NCBI RefSeq assembly: GCF_001194135.2 | Contig: NC_068994.1 | Span: 43,476,294-43,540,293, forward strand | Source: Octopus bimaculoides | Lineage: Eukaryota | Reading direction: 5' to 3' | Length of the DNA stretch: 64,000 nucleotides | In this document: piece after piece, positions 38,513-52,589 of the stretch | Layout of the letters: every line of letters begins with the position of its first letter | Numbering within the stretch: position 1 is the stretch's first letter | Made by a program: the position numbers and the translations under genes | The notes under the pieces: model-generated | Database searches by the model: none | The model's input: only the letters and a program-made list of their open reading frames with translations | What the model was told of the DNA's origin: nothing

Positions 38513-38653
38513 CACACACACACANNNNNNNNNNNNNNNNNNNNNNNNNNNNNNNNNNNNNNNNNNNNNNNNNNNNNNNNNNNNNNNNNNNNNNNNNNTA
38601 CAAATATGTGCATAAATAAATAAAAATATGTATGTGTGTGTGTTTGTGTACTG

Positions 38654-38684
<31 letters not shown>

Positions 38685-38864
38685 GCGTATATATATATAT
38701 TGCCCTGACAAGCTTGTCTGTGTAGAGGAGACGGGGTTCATCATTTGCAAACTACAAGAAAGCAAAGAAGTGCATTGTGACTAGCAGTGCACAACAACAT
38801 CCATTTGTCTGCTCAGTCAATAAAGTGGTGCAATAAAACATATGTATGCAGAAATACGTACTCA

Positions 38865-38923
<59 letters not shown>

Positions 38924-39116
38924 NNNNNNNNNNNNNNNNNNNNNNNNNNNNNNNNNNNNNNNNNNNNNNNNNNNNNNNNNNNNNNNNNNNNNNNNNNNNN
39001 NNNNNNNNNNNNNNNNNNNNNNNNNNNNNNNNNNNNNNNNNNNNNNNNNNNNNNNNNNNNNNNNNNNNNNNNNNNNNNNNNNNNNNNNNNNNNNNNNNNN
39101 NNNNNNNATATATATG

Positions 39117-39152
<36 letters not shown>

Positions 39153-39605
39153 TATATAGATATATATATATGTATGAATGTATTTATGCATATATGCAGG
39201 CATATATATTCATATGTATTCATTATTTGCTGAACCCGATAACCATGTGGTTGTGAATCAAATTTTACATGATCATGCCCATCCCTATCAAAGGAAAAAC
39301 TGTATATGTTTATTTATTGATACACACACACACACACACAGACACACACACACACACACACACACATAATATATATACATATATTTCGTGCGGGTGACAC
39401 GTAAAAGCACCCACTACANNNNNNNNNNAAAGCGGACGTTAAACGATGATGATGATGATGATGATTATATATATGCGTCTTCAACACTTGTACAAAGCCA
39501 CTTTAAAACAATGCAACTGTAAGTAACAAATCTGCCACAAGCAACAAAAACCTCTGACGAGAGAGAGAGAAAGAGAGAGAGAGACAGAGAGAGAGAGAGA
39601 AAGAA

Positions 39606-39640
<35 letters not shown>

Positions 39641-39730
39641 AGGAGAAAGAGAGAGAGANNNNNNNNNNNNNNNNNNNNNNNNNNNNNNNNNNNNNNNNNN
39701 NNNNNNNNNNNNNNNNNNNNNNNNNNNNNN

Positions 39731-39803
<73 letters not shown>

Positions 39804-40319
39804 AATACAGTTTAGATCAACCAGGCATTCAACAATCAACCTGCATGGCAAAACAATTCCTCTCCTTAATCAGTAAACACTTCTACAAAAACAAAAAATG
39901 TACTATAAATTATTCCATGGGAATAATATAAAAGTCAGTTATTTTACCACTCCTTTTATAAGGAAAATCAATTCATTGCTTAACCACAGAATCCTTGGAA
40001 AGAAAACAAATCACAACAGTGTATTTCTCAAATCACTGAGTCATGCCTTTTGGGATAAAGTGATCAGTAACTGTGTTGTGTATCAAGTCAATTCAACTAA
40101 ATAAATATCGTATCTACATTGGCTTAACAGAGAACTTGTTTAAGAATTGACTAATAGAATATGAACACTTTCAAAGACTAACATAAGGAAAATATCATAC
40201 TTAAAGTATGTTTAGCAAAAGAATAGAATGAGTCTACCAACTTCGCAAAGATTGGATTGAACCACTTTCTAAAATAACAATTCAAATTTGTGCCTTCTTT
40301 ATCATTTGAATGTGATATA

Positions 40320-40530
40320 CGAAGGGGTACTGAAAAGTTCCTGATGTTAAGTAAAAGAAAATACAAGTTAATTATGATTTTAGTCAATATATTCCCCTCT
40401 CAGACTTACACACTTATTGCAGTGGTCCTTTAGTCTTCTTAAGCTCTTTAAAAGAACTAAGAATGTTGGGCATCCAACCAGGCCTTTCACAATACCCATA
40501 AAGCCAGTAACTTTTCAGCACCCTACATCA
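40320..40530 (-). mobile_element. Mariner-derived MITE (internal-deletion derivative)
   Basis: TA|CGAAGGGGTACTGAAAAGTT ... AACTTTTCAGCACCC..|TA. The minus strand retains a transposase C-terminus, KCVSLRGEYID*. Confidence 0.8.
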
Positions 40531-42800
40531 TAAAGCATACCACATCAATAGAAAGCCAGAACTAAACTGGACTTGCAGGCACAGTATGAAAATTTTGCTT
40601 CAGCTTTGGAAGAATGACAGGGAGCACTGCTGATATTATACATCAGATTTTTTTTTAATGCTCACCTGGAGTTGTGGTAATAGTACTACTCAACAGGATG
40701 TACCATGGTTGTGGCAGCAGTACTCTAAAGTAAACTGTGCCACAGATCTAGAAAATAATCAGTTCACTATGAAGGATATAACAAGTTATATGCAAATTAG
40801 TTGTGGTTCTTCCCAAGATGCCTTTATAACAAATGTTGTTTGATGGATAGCTTTATAACTAGAGATAAAAACAGACTAACCCTATTATTACCTCTGCTAG
40901 TAAAAAGTAGATTTGCTCTCCAAGTGAAGGGCAGATTGTTTTATGTATAGACAATGCAAAATCATTTTTACTCATACAGTTTTGTTTCTTTTTTTTACAA
41001 GGTACAATGTTACTTTATTTACAAAACACCAACATTTCATACTGAATAAGTGCAAAGACTGGAAAGAAATGTATTATAACAAAGTTTCATGTCCTTATAG
41101 TATTCTTTGAATAATCAGCAGATGAGAATGCAATATCAGAACTGCTAACATTATACCAATGAATGCAATTTGACTGTGAGAAGATAGTAATTTCAATGTT
41201 GCATTCTTATGTGATAACCCTAAGAATATCCTATGAATATGAAGCTTGAACTAATGAAATAGTAAAATGAACTATAATTAACATATTGTGTGCATGTTCA
41301 TGTGTGTGCACATGTGCATATGTGTGTGTGTTTGTGTGTGCATGTGTGTGTGTACACGTGTGTGTATGTGTGTGTGTATATGTGTGTATGTGCACGTGCA
41401 ATGCATCTATGTGTGAATGTATATGCACTGAGAGAGAGGTACAATCATCATCGTCATTTAACGTCCGCTTTCCATGCTAGCATGGGTTGGACGATTTGAC
41501 TGAGGACTGGTGAAACCACATGGCTACACCAGGCTCCAGCGAGATCATTGCCAGTGCCCTTAGACTGTCTCTTGTGTGGGTGGCACATACAATAGTTGTG
41601 AAAAATAAAGAACAGGACTAGGGACCAGATGTTTTTATATCATAAGTATAAGGCATCTATCGTGTTTAGTGGAGTTTAGAGTTAGTGAAGGAAAAAACAG
41701 ACTTTGCTTCTACTCTATGGTTGAGTGGTTAATAATAAAAAATGAATCCAGCTGTGAAAGCAATGCCTCAGACAATTAAAGCATATGATCGATGCAAGCT
41801 TGGAAAAAATAGATAGATGTAAGAGAATAAAAAGATATATACATATATATATATATAATGTTCCAACAGACAGACACCTGCAGTCCATCTATGGCTGGAG
41901 TGTTAATAATTTAGAAAGATATTTAAACCACCCAAACAGCAGCAATTTGTTCTCTGACATTCCCACTAAACTACCATAACAGACAATTATTTCTACATCA
42001 CATTTAATACTCGCTGCCATTACTCATAACAAATTATCTCAGTGTCTGTTAGTCACAAGAAGAATGAACAAAATAGGCAACATTTTCACTTAATAACCTC
42101 AAATTTCAGAACTGTTTCACATGCATAAACACACGCTCGCATGTGCACACACACATACACATGCATGCACGAACGTGAGCACACATACACACACTCACAT
42201 GCACACACACACACACACACAACTCAAAACCCCACACACACGCATACATACACACATTCATGTACATAAGCATATGTGGAGAGGAATGGAAAAAGCTGAA
42301 ATGATTATAGCTTTGTTTGATGAAGTACCAGCGAAGCATATATACATATATGTTAATCAGTTGTTATTTACTAAAATGCAAAAAAAAAAAAAAAAATTAT
42401 AATAATAATAATAAATATATAAATAAATACATAAGATTTACTAGTTATTAACTTTAAACAGAGTTCACAATAGTCTTCATTTTTTATTTTATTTTTTATA
42501 TTTTAAAATATTGAATTTGATTGAGATTATAATTTTGATCAAATAATTTTTCACCTTTAATAAAATAAGGAAATAAATAGGCGTGAAACGTTTTTACTTA
42601 GCCATTGTTTTAATTCTTTTTTTTTTTGTTATTATTTTATTTGCTGCTTTCTGTGACATTTCCATTTGATAAAACTGTTTTAGGAATGTACCAAATAAAG
42701 AGTCACGTCTAATTAAAGTCATATGTATGCAAAAGTTGTTGTAGTACATTTTTCACAGTAAATTTATTATCTGGGAAAATAACATGCAATTTTTGTGACT

Positions 42801-42960
42801 GGAGTAAATGTGGTCGTGTGATAAGAAGCTTGCTTACTAACCACATGGTTCCGGGTTCAGTCCCACTGTGTAGCACCTCATGCAAGTATCTTCTACTATA
42901 GCCTCAGGTCGGCCAAAGCCTTGTGAATGGATTTGATAGATGGAAACTAAAAGAAGCCCA
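42801..42960 (+). mobile_element. tRNA-derived SINE, family A
   Basis: Same head and body as 31861-32011, followed by (TA)n/(TG)n. More diverged copies lie at about 5755-5870(-), 17845-18003(-), 21842-22005(+), 61925-62078(-) and 63775-63918(+). Confidence 0.8.
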
Positions 42961-42967
42961 CCATATA

Positions 42968-42999
<32 letters not shown>

Positions 43000-43054
43000 G
43001 TATACGTATATGTTTGTGTGTCTGTGTTTGTACCCCCAACCATTGTCACCTAAA

Positions 43055-43475
43055 TATGCTACATAAAAAGCACCCATGCTGTTGCTATGTGAAAGGCTCT
43101 CATGTAGGATGCACCCCTGCTAGTGCTATGCAAAAAGCACTTATGCTGGTGTCATGTAAAAAGCACCTGTACCAGTGCCACATTTCAGCTCCTGTGCCAG
43201 TTCCATGTAAGAGAAGCCATGCTGGTGCAACATGAAAAGCAGCCATGTATACAGCACTCATGTTGGTGCCACATAATAACAATGATGTTGGTACCCACGT
43301 ATAAAACACCCAGCACACTCTGTAAAGTGGTTGGCATCAGGAAGGGCATCCAGCTGTAGAAACTATGCCGTAACAGACAATTGGAGTCAGGTGCAGGTCT
43401 CCAGCTGGTCAGCACCTGTCAAACCATCCAGACCATGCCAACAAGGAAAATGGACTTTAAATGACTATGATGATG
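43055..43475 (+). mobile_element. Family C retroposon with expanded internal tandem units
   Basis: Several TGCTGGTG/TGTTGGTG..TAAAAAGCAC units precede the conserved GTGGTTGGCATCAGGAAGGGCATCCAGCTGTAGAAAC block and the GGACTTTAAATGA tail. Further copies lie at about 36700-36915(+), 39390-39460(+), 41447-41540(-), 47270-47480(-), 48860-48930(-), 54210-54354(+) and 60905-61085(-). Confidence 0.75.
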
Positions 43476-44518
43476 GTGGTGGTGGTGGTGGTGGTGGTGG
43501 TGATGGTGGTTTGATGCATTACAATTTGAAATATGTTCTGAAACACATTCTTAATACATGATGATAAATAATTTCTTAACCAAGAATGTGAATTAAGGAT
43601 TTTGAATTTGTTGATCTTATTTTTTTTTTTTACCCCACCTTAACCCTGCTCAAGCAATCCTATGATGAAAACTGTTTCAGCAGGAACCATTTTATTCAAT
43701 CATTTTTCAAACGCAGTTTATTTAGAAACTTACATTCCTTATTTCCTTACATTGTTTAGAGGGACACTGTTATCTGACAGATGCATTTAAACTTTCTATG
43801 TACTGACTTACCAATTTCAGTTACATGCAAAAGATGAGATATGTGATGTACTTTTGGTAACATGTCATGAATTTTAATTTTTGAGCATGAGGGGCCCATG
43901 AAGCTTGAAGTGCCTTGGGCCTCACCAAAGTTTAAGTTCAGCTCTCACTATATGAGTCAGTACAACTCAAGGAGATAACCTTACCTTTACTATAAGTATG
44001 TGTCTATCCATATTATACATTTATGCAACCACTACAGTATGGGTGTGTAGTGTTTATTACAAATTTTGAACTATTGGATTTTGAAAATCTCTTCCTCCAT
44101 ATTTATGCCCCACCCAGCATGCACTCGGCATTTCCAGTCAACAGCAGTGTTCTGATGCCTGGTAGTCGTTATTTCGGTCATCTGAGATCATTGATAATAA
44201 CCTTTGAGAAACACATGAACGCCACATAATCCATTTTTTTTTTCTTTATACAAATCCATGGCCTTGTAACAGTGTTTGAAGCCAAGTTGTGTATTTTATT
44301 TACGGTTGGTTGGAGAAATATCTTGAAAAAAAAATACTGCTATTGAAATCAATAATAGTAGATAGATAGGGAGAGAGAGAGAGAGAGAGGAGGGAGAGAG
44401 AAAGAGAGAGAAAGACAGACAGAAAAATACTTATCGTTTCTGTTATTAATGTTCAACAACTATAATGATGGTGACAATAGAGATTGTGATGATAATGGTG
44501 ACGATGATGATGATGATG

Positions 44519-44561
<43 letters not shown>

Positions 44562-45414
44562 CAATGACAGTGACAAGAAGGAGGTGGGCAGACTTATATT
44601 TAGATNNNNNNNNNNNNNNNNNNNNNNNNNNNNNNNNNNNNNNNNNNNNNNNNNNNNNNNNNNNNNNNNNNNNNNNNNNNNNNNNNNNNNNNNNNNNNNN
44701 NNNNNNNNNNNNNNNNNNNNNNNNNNNNNNNNNNNNNNNNNNNNNNNNNNNNNNNNNNNNNNNNNNNNNNNNNNNNNNNNNNNNNNNNNNNNNNNNNNNN
44801 NNNNNNNNNNNNNNNNNNNNNNNNNNNNNNNNNNNNNNNNNNNNNNNNNNNNNNNNNNNNNNNNNNNNNNNNNNNNNNNNNNNNNNNNNNNNNNNNNNNN
44901 NNNNNNNNNNNNNNNNNNNNNNNNNNNNNNNNNNNNNNNNNNNNNNNNNNNNNNNNNNNNNNNNNNNNNNNNNNNNNNNNNNNNNNNNNNNNNNNNNNNN
45001 NNNNNNNNNNNNNNNNNNNNNNNNNNNNNNNNNNNNNNNNNNNNNNNNNNNNNNNNNNNNNNNNNNNNNNNNNNNNNNNNNNNNNNNNNNNNNNNNNNNN
45101 NNNNNNNNNNNNNNNNNNNNNNNNNNNNNNNNNNNNNNNNNNNNNNNNNNNNNNNNNNNNNNNNNNNNNNNNNNNNNNNNNNNNNNNNNNNNNNNNNNNN
45201 NNNNNNNNNNNNNNNNNNNNNNNNNNNNNNNNNNNNNNNNNNNNNNNNNNNNNNNNNNNNNNNNNNNNNNNNNNNNNNNNNNNNNNNNNNNNNNNNNNNN
45301 NNNNNNNNNNNNNNNNNNNNNNNNNNNNNNATACCGACAGAGGTAGAGCTAGCAGTTGTAATTAATAGTACCGATAGAACTACTTAATGTATTCTTAATT
45401 TATTATTAACTTTC

Positions 45415-45454
<40 letters not shown>

Positions 45455-45770
45455 CTTCCACCACCACCACCACCACAGCCACCACCGCTGCCATCACCAC
45501 CATCGCTGCTGCCGCCACCACCGCCGCCGCCAGGTTTGCTGTCACCCCCCTCCTTCCCAGTCTCTGAACCTTGACACACTGCTATAATCTCTTGTGTATG
45601 TAAGTTATTTTGTAATATCTTTCATTGCTTTAATATTTAATGTTTTGCTTCCCTTTTACATTGACTCGGTCCATTGGGCCGGACACTCAACCAGCACAGT
45701 GGAAGTAAAATATTTGTGATAATCAATGGACTTCATTATTTCTCCACACACACATACACACACACATATG

Positions 45771-45804
<34 letters not shown>

Positions 45805-45965
45805 TGTATGTATGTATGTATGTATGTGTGTGTGTATGTATGTATTTATATATATATATGTATGTATAAAAAGATATATGTATATATTTATTATATATAT
45901 GTATATACATATATATACACATACACACACCTATATATATATATATATATCACACACTCTCTCTC

Positions 45966-46012
<47 letters not shown>

Positions 46013-47519
46013 NNNNNNNNNNNNNNNNNNNNNNNNNNNNNNNNNNNNNNNNNNNNNNNNNNNNNNNNNNNNNNNNNNNNNNNNNNNNNNNNNNNNNNNN
46101 NNNNNNNNNNNNNNNNNNNNNNNNNNNNNNNNNNNNNNNNNNNNNNNNNNNNNNNNNNNNNNNNNNNNNNNNNNNNNNNNNNNNNNNNNNNNNNNNNNNN
46201 NNNNNNNNNNNNNNNNNNNNNNNNNNNNNNNNNNNNNNNNNNNNNNNNNNNNNNNNNNNNNNNNNNNNNNNNNNNNNNNNNNNNNNNNNNNNNNNNNNNN
46301 NNNNNNNNNNNNNNNNNNNNNNNNNNNNNNNNNNNNNNNNNNNNNNNNNNNNNNNNNNNNNNNNNNNNNNNNNNNNNNNNNNNNNNNNNNNNNNNNNNNN
46401 NNNNNNNNNNNNNNNNNNNNNNNNNNNNNNNNNNNNNNNNNNNNNNNNNNNNNNNNNNNNNNNNNATATATATATATATATATATACATATATATATGCA
46501 TGGATGGATGTGTGTTATTTGTTTATAAGTTTGTATGTATGTATATTATTTGATTTGACATTTACAAATAAACACAAATTTATTTAAGAATGTAAAGGAC
46601 ACTTCAGTTGAGACAGCATTATCTCCCTAACAAAAATTGGTCATTGAACAAACTTTCTAATATTATATGAGATTTTGTTATGTATAATTTGTTGAATCAA
46701 GATAAATTGAGAATAATGTAGCTTAACAAACATATAAACATAGCAACATTATGAAATTAATCCTCCCCCGTCTGGTTTAAAATGGAAAAAAAGAAAGAAA
46801 AAACAAACAAAAATGTTTAACCAATGCATTACACCCAGAGTCATTGATGGATCAGATCAGATATTTGATCCCTAACATCATCATCATCATCATCATCCAC
46901 CATCATCAGCATCACTACCATCTCATCATCATCATCCACCATCATCAGCATCACTACCATCTCATCATCGTCATCAGCATCATCATCATCATCATCATCA
47001 TGTCGTCTTCATCATCATAGTTGTTGTCGTTGTCATTGTCATCATCATCATCACCATCATCATCACAATCACCATCCATTGCCATCATCATTCAGCGTCA
47101 TCATCATCATCCATTGTCATCATCATCCATTGTCATCATTGTCCATCGTCATCAACATCATCATCACCATCACTATCACTATAAGCATCATCATCATCAT
47201 CATCATCATCATCAACAGTATCATCAGCATCAGCACCATCATCATCATCACCATCACCACTAGTAACATCACTGTCATCATTGTTTTAACATCCTCGTTT
47301 CCATGGTCACGTGGGACAGGCTGAATTCATGCAGGCAGATTTTCAACAGCTCGATGCCCTTCCTGTCACCAATTCTCTCCTCGCTTGTTTCTAAGTAATG
47401 TAATGTTCCCTCATGGCCAGACATGTTTTCATAGCAGATTGGAAATGAAGGAAAGTGCTTGTGTGCCTCTCTGAAACTTGGTTTCAACTATCACACAATG
47501 TCAAGGTAAAGAGACCAGT

Positions 47520-47553
<34 letters not shown>

Positions 47554-48045
47554 AATGTATACACAGACACACATACGCACATACACATGCCGGTGGGCTC
47601 CTTATAATTTCCATCTACTAAATCCCGGATATTCTCAGTAGGAATGCTTCTAATCATAAGCCTGCATCTGAGGTATAATCAGGTTCTAAAATCAGTGGGA
47701 GCAAGCGCATAAAAAACAAAAGGGGGCTGTGACATGCTAAACAATTTTTAACTCATTTCTCTTATATTACACAAAATGTTTCATTAGTTATAATATACTT
47801 AATTGTATATAAGGACACAGATCATGTCGTATAACCAGCTGGAGACAATGTCTCCTGGGGCTAAATTACAGCAACATTAGTCCTAAACCAGGACTGCCAT
47901 GTCATGTTGGCAAACAATCTTTACTACAAAGTACTGTTGCTGAATAAAATAGTAATTTTCTAATTTACTTAATTGTATTCTACATTCGTTAATTTCATAT
48001 ATCAGTAACAATGTCGTTATGTATGAAACTTACAACTACTGATAT

Positions 48046-48383
48046 AGATGTGACATGGTCCTAGGTTCAGTACCACTGTGTGGCACCTTGGGAAAGTGTC
48101 TTCTACTATAGCCTCGGGCCAACCAAAGCCTTGTGAGTGGATTTGGTAGATGGAAACTTGAAGAAACCTGTCGTATATGTGTATATGTGTGTTTGTGTGT
48201 GTGTGTGTGTGTATGTGTGTGTGTATATATATATAGATGATGTAGATGTGACATGGTCCTGGGTTCAGTTCCACTGCGTGGGACCTTGGGCAAGTGTCTT
48301 CTATGATAGCTTCGGGCCAACCAAAGCCTTGTGAGTGGATTTGGTAGATGGAAACTGGAAGAAGCCTGTCGTATGTGTGTGTT

Positions 48384-48432
<49 letters not shown>

Positions 48433-48640
48433 TTGTGTGTCTGTGTTTGTCCCCCCCAACATCGCTTGACAACCGATGCTGGTATGTTTATGCCCCTGTA
48501 ACTTACTTAGCAGTTCAGCAAAAGAGACTGATAGAATAAGTACTAGGCTTACAATGAATAAGCACTGGGGTCAACTTGCTCGACTAAAAGGCAGTGCTCC
48601 AGCACGGCCGCAGTCAAATGACTGAAACAAGTAAAAGAAA
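48046..48640 (+). mobile_element. Composite SINE: tandemly duplicated 5'-truncated family A module, internal (TG)n, then a 3' module
   Basis: AGATGTGACATGGTCCT.GGTTCAGT starts at both 48046 and 48244 (period 198). After (TG)n comes the module ...GATAGAATAAGTACTAGGCTTAC...GGTGCTCCAGCACGGCCGCAGTCAAATGACTGAAACAAG, which is also seen at about 61170-61395(+) and 10890-11065(-). Confidence 0.8.
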
Positions 48641-49794
48641 CTCCACAGGATTATTTATTGTCAAGAAGTTATGACATCAAGTGTGAAAGGAAAAAGATGA
48701 AATCCCACTGGATCGCCAAGTGTTGAGAGGTTATGATGTCAGAGTTTGTTTTGGCTCCTTAGATATCAGTGGCCACCAACACATTACAAGAGATTGAGCA
48801 GACAGTTCAAAAACACAGTAAGTCAGCCAAGACTCCAGAAAATTCTTCCAAGACCATGCATCATCATCATCATTGTTTAACATCCGCTTTCCATGCTAGC
48901 ATGGGTTGGACGATTTGACTGAGGACTGGTGGTGGTTGATGGTGGTGGTGGTGGTGGTGGTGGTGGTGGTGGTAGTGGTGGCTGTTGTTGTGCTTGTTGG
49001 TGTTGTTGTGCTTGTTGTTGATGATGCTGTTGTTTTTGTTGTGGTTATTCATGTTGTTGTTGCTGTTGTTGTTGCTGTGGTTGTGGCTGTTGCGGCTTTT
49101 GTTGTGATTGTTGTTGTTTAGGTTGTTGTTGTTGTTATTGTTGCTGCTGCTGCTGTCATTGAGGTTGAGGTCGTGGTTGTTCTTGTTGTTGTTGTGATTG
49201 CTGTTGTTGTTGTTGTTGTTGTTGTTTTGGTCGTTACTGCAGGTGAGGTTGTATTGATTGTTGTTATTGTTTATTCCCAGGTGAAACTTTATATCCTTCT
49301 ACATAAACCGGACCATCGTCAAAACATCTTCACCAACAGACACATCACAGGAATCTGACAGAGTACGAATCATCAATCCCTAAAACCTTATTCCATAATA
49401 CTCTAATAACTTGACCAACCATTCTGGCTGAATAACGATAACAGGGATTTAATCCTAAATAAATAGTCATTAATTTCACCATAAAAGCCTACGTATTTCT
49501 TCTATTCCCATTGTGTTCCAATCATTTTACATGATAATAATCCATTGATTAACATATATATATCATTTGTAGCAAGCAAAATCAGATTTAAATATAGGAT
49601 TCTGTTATTATATCTTAGCATTTACTCAAATATTCCATTCCGCAGGCACACAAGTCATTTTCGTCCTGTACACCATATCAGAAATTTCAAACATATTGAA
49701 ATATATATGATGACAATATAATCCCTCACTCACTCTCTGTCCCTCTTTCCCTCTGCTTCTCTCTCTTTCTCTCTCCTACACAAACACACACACA

Positions 49795-49853
<59 letters not shown>

Positions 49854-50149
49854 CCTCTTTCTTTGTCTTCTCCTTGCACTTTCTTTATACACATGCTACA
49901 TGCATATAATGCTGGTGTGTCCGCAAATAAGAGTTTTGAATCTCTGCTACTCTTGTAGATATAGTAAAGCTATGTCCGTTATATGGAAATATACCCATCC
50001 ATGATTTTGTCTATCTAATTATCATTCTGTCTGTTTCTGTAATTTTTAACATTCTACTTTTGCACACAAAAAGTACACACACACACACACAAATATATAT
50101 ACATATATATATAAGGAGAGAGAGAGAGACGTGTGTGTATGTATGTAAG

Positions 50150-50181
<32 letters not shown>

Positions 50182-51485
50182 TGCATGCATGTGTGTTTGT
50201 GTGTGTGTGTGCACATTTCTGTATGTGTTGCTAGTTAGTTAGCTATCATTTATATCTAGAGATAGTAAAATAATCAGATCGGTCGTTGTGGAAGCTGATA
50301 AAACTGAAATTCCTTACACAGGAAACCTAGATGCAAAACCAGCTAACCACCACCACCGCCACCACTACCACCACCACTACCACCATCACCACTATTACTG
50401 CCACCATCACCATCACTACTACCATCACTATCACTACCACCACCACCACCACCACCACCACCACTACCACCACCACCACCACCACTACCATCACTAACTA
50501 CCTCCTCCACTCCTTTACCCTTCCGAGGCCAATGACATGAAAGTGCAAGGGCCATAGATACAAGCAAGGATTGGAATCTATCTTTTCTCTCTGTAATGTT
50601 AATTAAGCTATATTTTCATGATTGGATATTGGTAATTAAATACTAATAAAAGTGTCTTTTGGGAGTGTAAGTTAAGGTATAACGATAAAAATCATTATTC
50701 AGCCGAAATAGTTCTGATAAAATCATTGCCTTAAAGTAACATCAAACAGAGAAAGTGAAGATATCAAAAGTCAGAGGAATATATCAAATATAGATTTATT
50801 TGCAGGGAACAGATCACAAAATTATTTAAGATAAACAACTCTCTGATAGCAATAAAACCAGACTTTGGATCGTTAATATAACAGATATCACTAAATGCTA
50901 TACAGCTATGTTTTTTTTATTTATTTTGTTATTTACATTTTTTTTTTATGGCTTTGAGATATAAAATGTATATTTCTGGTAAGAGAAATAAAAATATATA
51001 ACTATAAATTCACTTCATTAAAGACTTAGATTTATAAGATTTAACAAGGTATTAGACAGAAGGATGAATAGAGAATGGTGAAGTGTGGTCTGTATTTTTG
51101 TGTAAAAATATCACTGCCATATTTTAATGACCGAAGGAAGGGCATGAACATCACACAGTCTTATGGTATCCCTTTAATAAATCCAAGGTCTTAAGCTTAA
51201 ATAGGAAATCTGTAATCATATAACACTGATAGATTATTAATAGACATATATATATATTTTTTTTTTGCTTGTATGTGATTGCATCTGTTATTTTATCTGA
51301 TTAACTAATGCCAAATTGAATGAAAGACAGAGTTTCAATTCTTAGATTCTGCCAGTTCTTTACTTTGCGTTTACATGGAAAACTCATAAATCTCAATCAA
51401 ACTTGCAATTTGCCTACTTCAGAAATTCAGTTTATATTGCATTTTATCATACATCAAATGCATGTGTGTGTATTAATATGTATGC

Positions 51486-51541
<56 letters not shown>

Positions 51542-52548
51542 GTATATGGATGTGTGTATGTATGCATGCATGCATGTATGTATGTAAGTGTATATGTATG
51601 TGTGATCACCTTTCCCATTGATATTGGTATGTGAGCAACCAGCCGTTTGATGAACTGAGCAACACTCATTGAATCAGAGAGCCAAGTTGCTGAGTCTTCT
51701 ACAAACACATGTACCTTTGATGTAATTCTCGCACTGAATCATCATGACAACACCACATGACGTGTCATGCCTTGAACACCTTTGCTATATTCAAATCAAC
51801 ATTGAGATTTGAAACAATTTGGATGCTAATTCTAGCCTGTCAGACAACGGTATAGAAACTCCCTCAAAGAATTTATGATGTGTTGATACTACTGGTCATG
51901 GTGGTGATAGCATTTTAGGTTCTATTTGTTGTTAGTCCCAAGACTGACCGAGAAGTAAATAATAGCCATAAGAACAACAGTATCAGAAACTGAAGTGGGA
52001 GTTTCTACATGGTTATTCAATCTGCTAGATATAGTAGTCAAATTGCTCTCAAGTCAAAATTTGCGATCATAAAAGTAAGGTGGGATACATAGGATAAGGT
52101 AGTGTTTGCTAAAAATATAGATGGGATGGTCACAACTGTAATATTTTGGAACTGCAATCTGCTTCATCAAGGTTGAAATTGGAAAATGAAAAATAGAAGG
52201 CAGAGCAGGAGGAAGAAAGGGAGGAAGAGAGGGAGGGAGGGAGAGAAAAGTGAAAGAAATTTTCAGACAGAGTTATGTTAGAAGGAGAGCAATAAATGGG
52301 TTAGGGAAGTAATATGCTGAACAAGAAAAATTTTAAGGGAAGGTACTNNNNNNNNNNNNNNNNNNNNNNNNNNNNNNNNNNNNNNNNNNNNNNNNNNNNN
52401 NNNNNNNNNNNNNNNNNNNNNNNNNNNNNNNNNNNNNNNNNNNNNNNNNNNNNATATATATATATATGTATAGATATAGATATATAAATGTATGTATATG
52501 TGTGTATATATATGTATATATAAATGTATGTATATGTGTGTATATATA

Positions 52549-52589
<41 letters not shown>

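Noticed and set aside
49281-49358. Plus-strand acceptor-like TTTATTCCCAG followed by VKLYILLHKPDHRQNIFTNRHITGI*
   Set aside because: The pyrimidine tract is part of a (GTT)n repeat, there is no partner exon, and the peptide is unrecognisable.
51756-51769. CATGAC-GT-GTCATG quasi-palindrome containing a CRE-like TGACGT
   Set aside because: A single short motif is expected by chance in 64 kb and has no supporting context.
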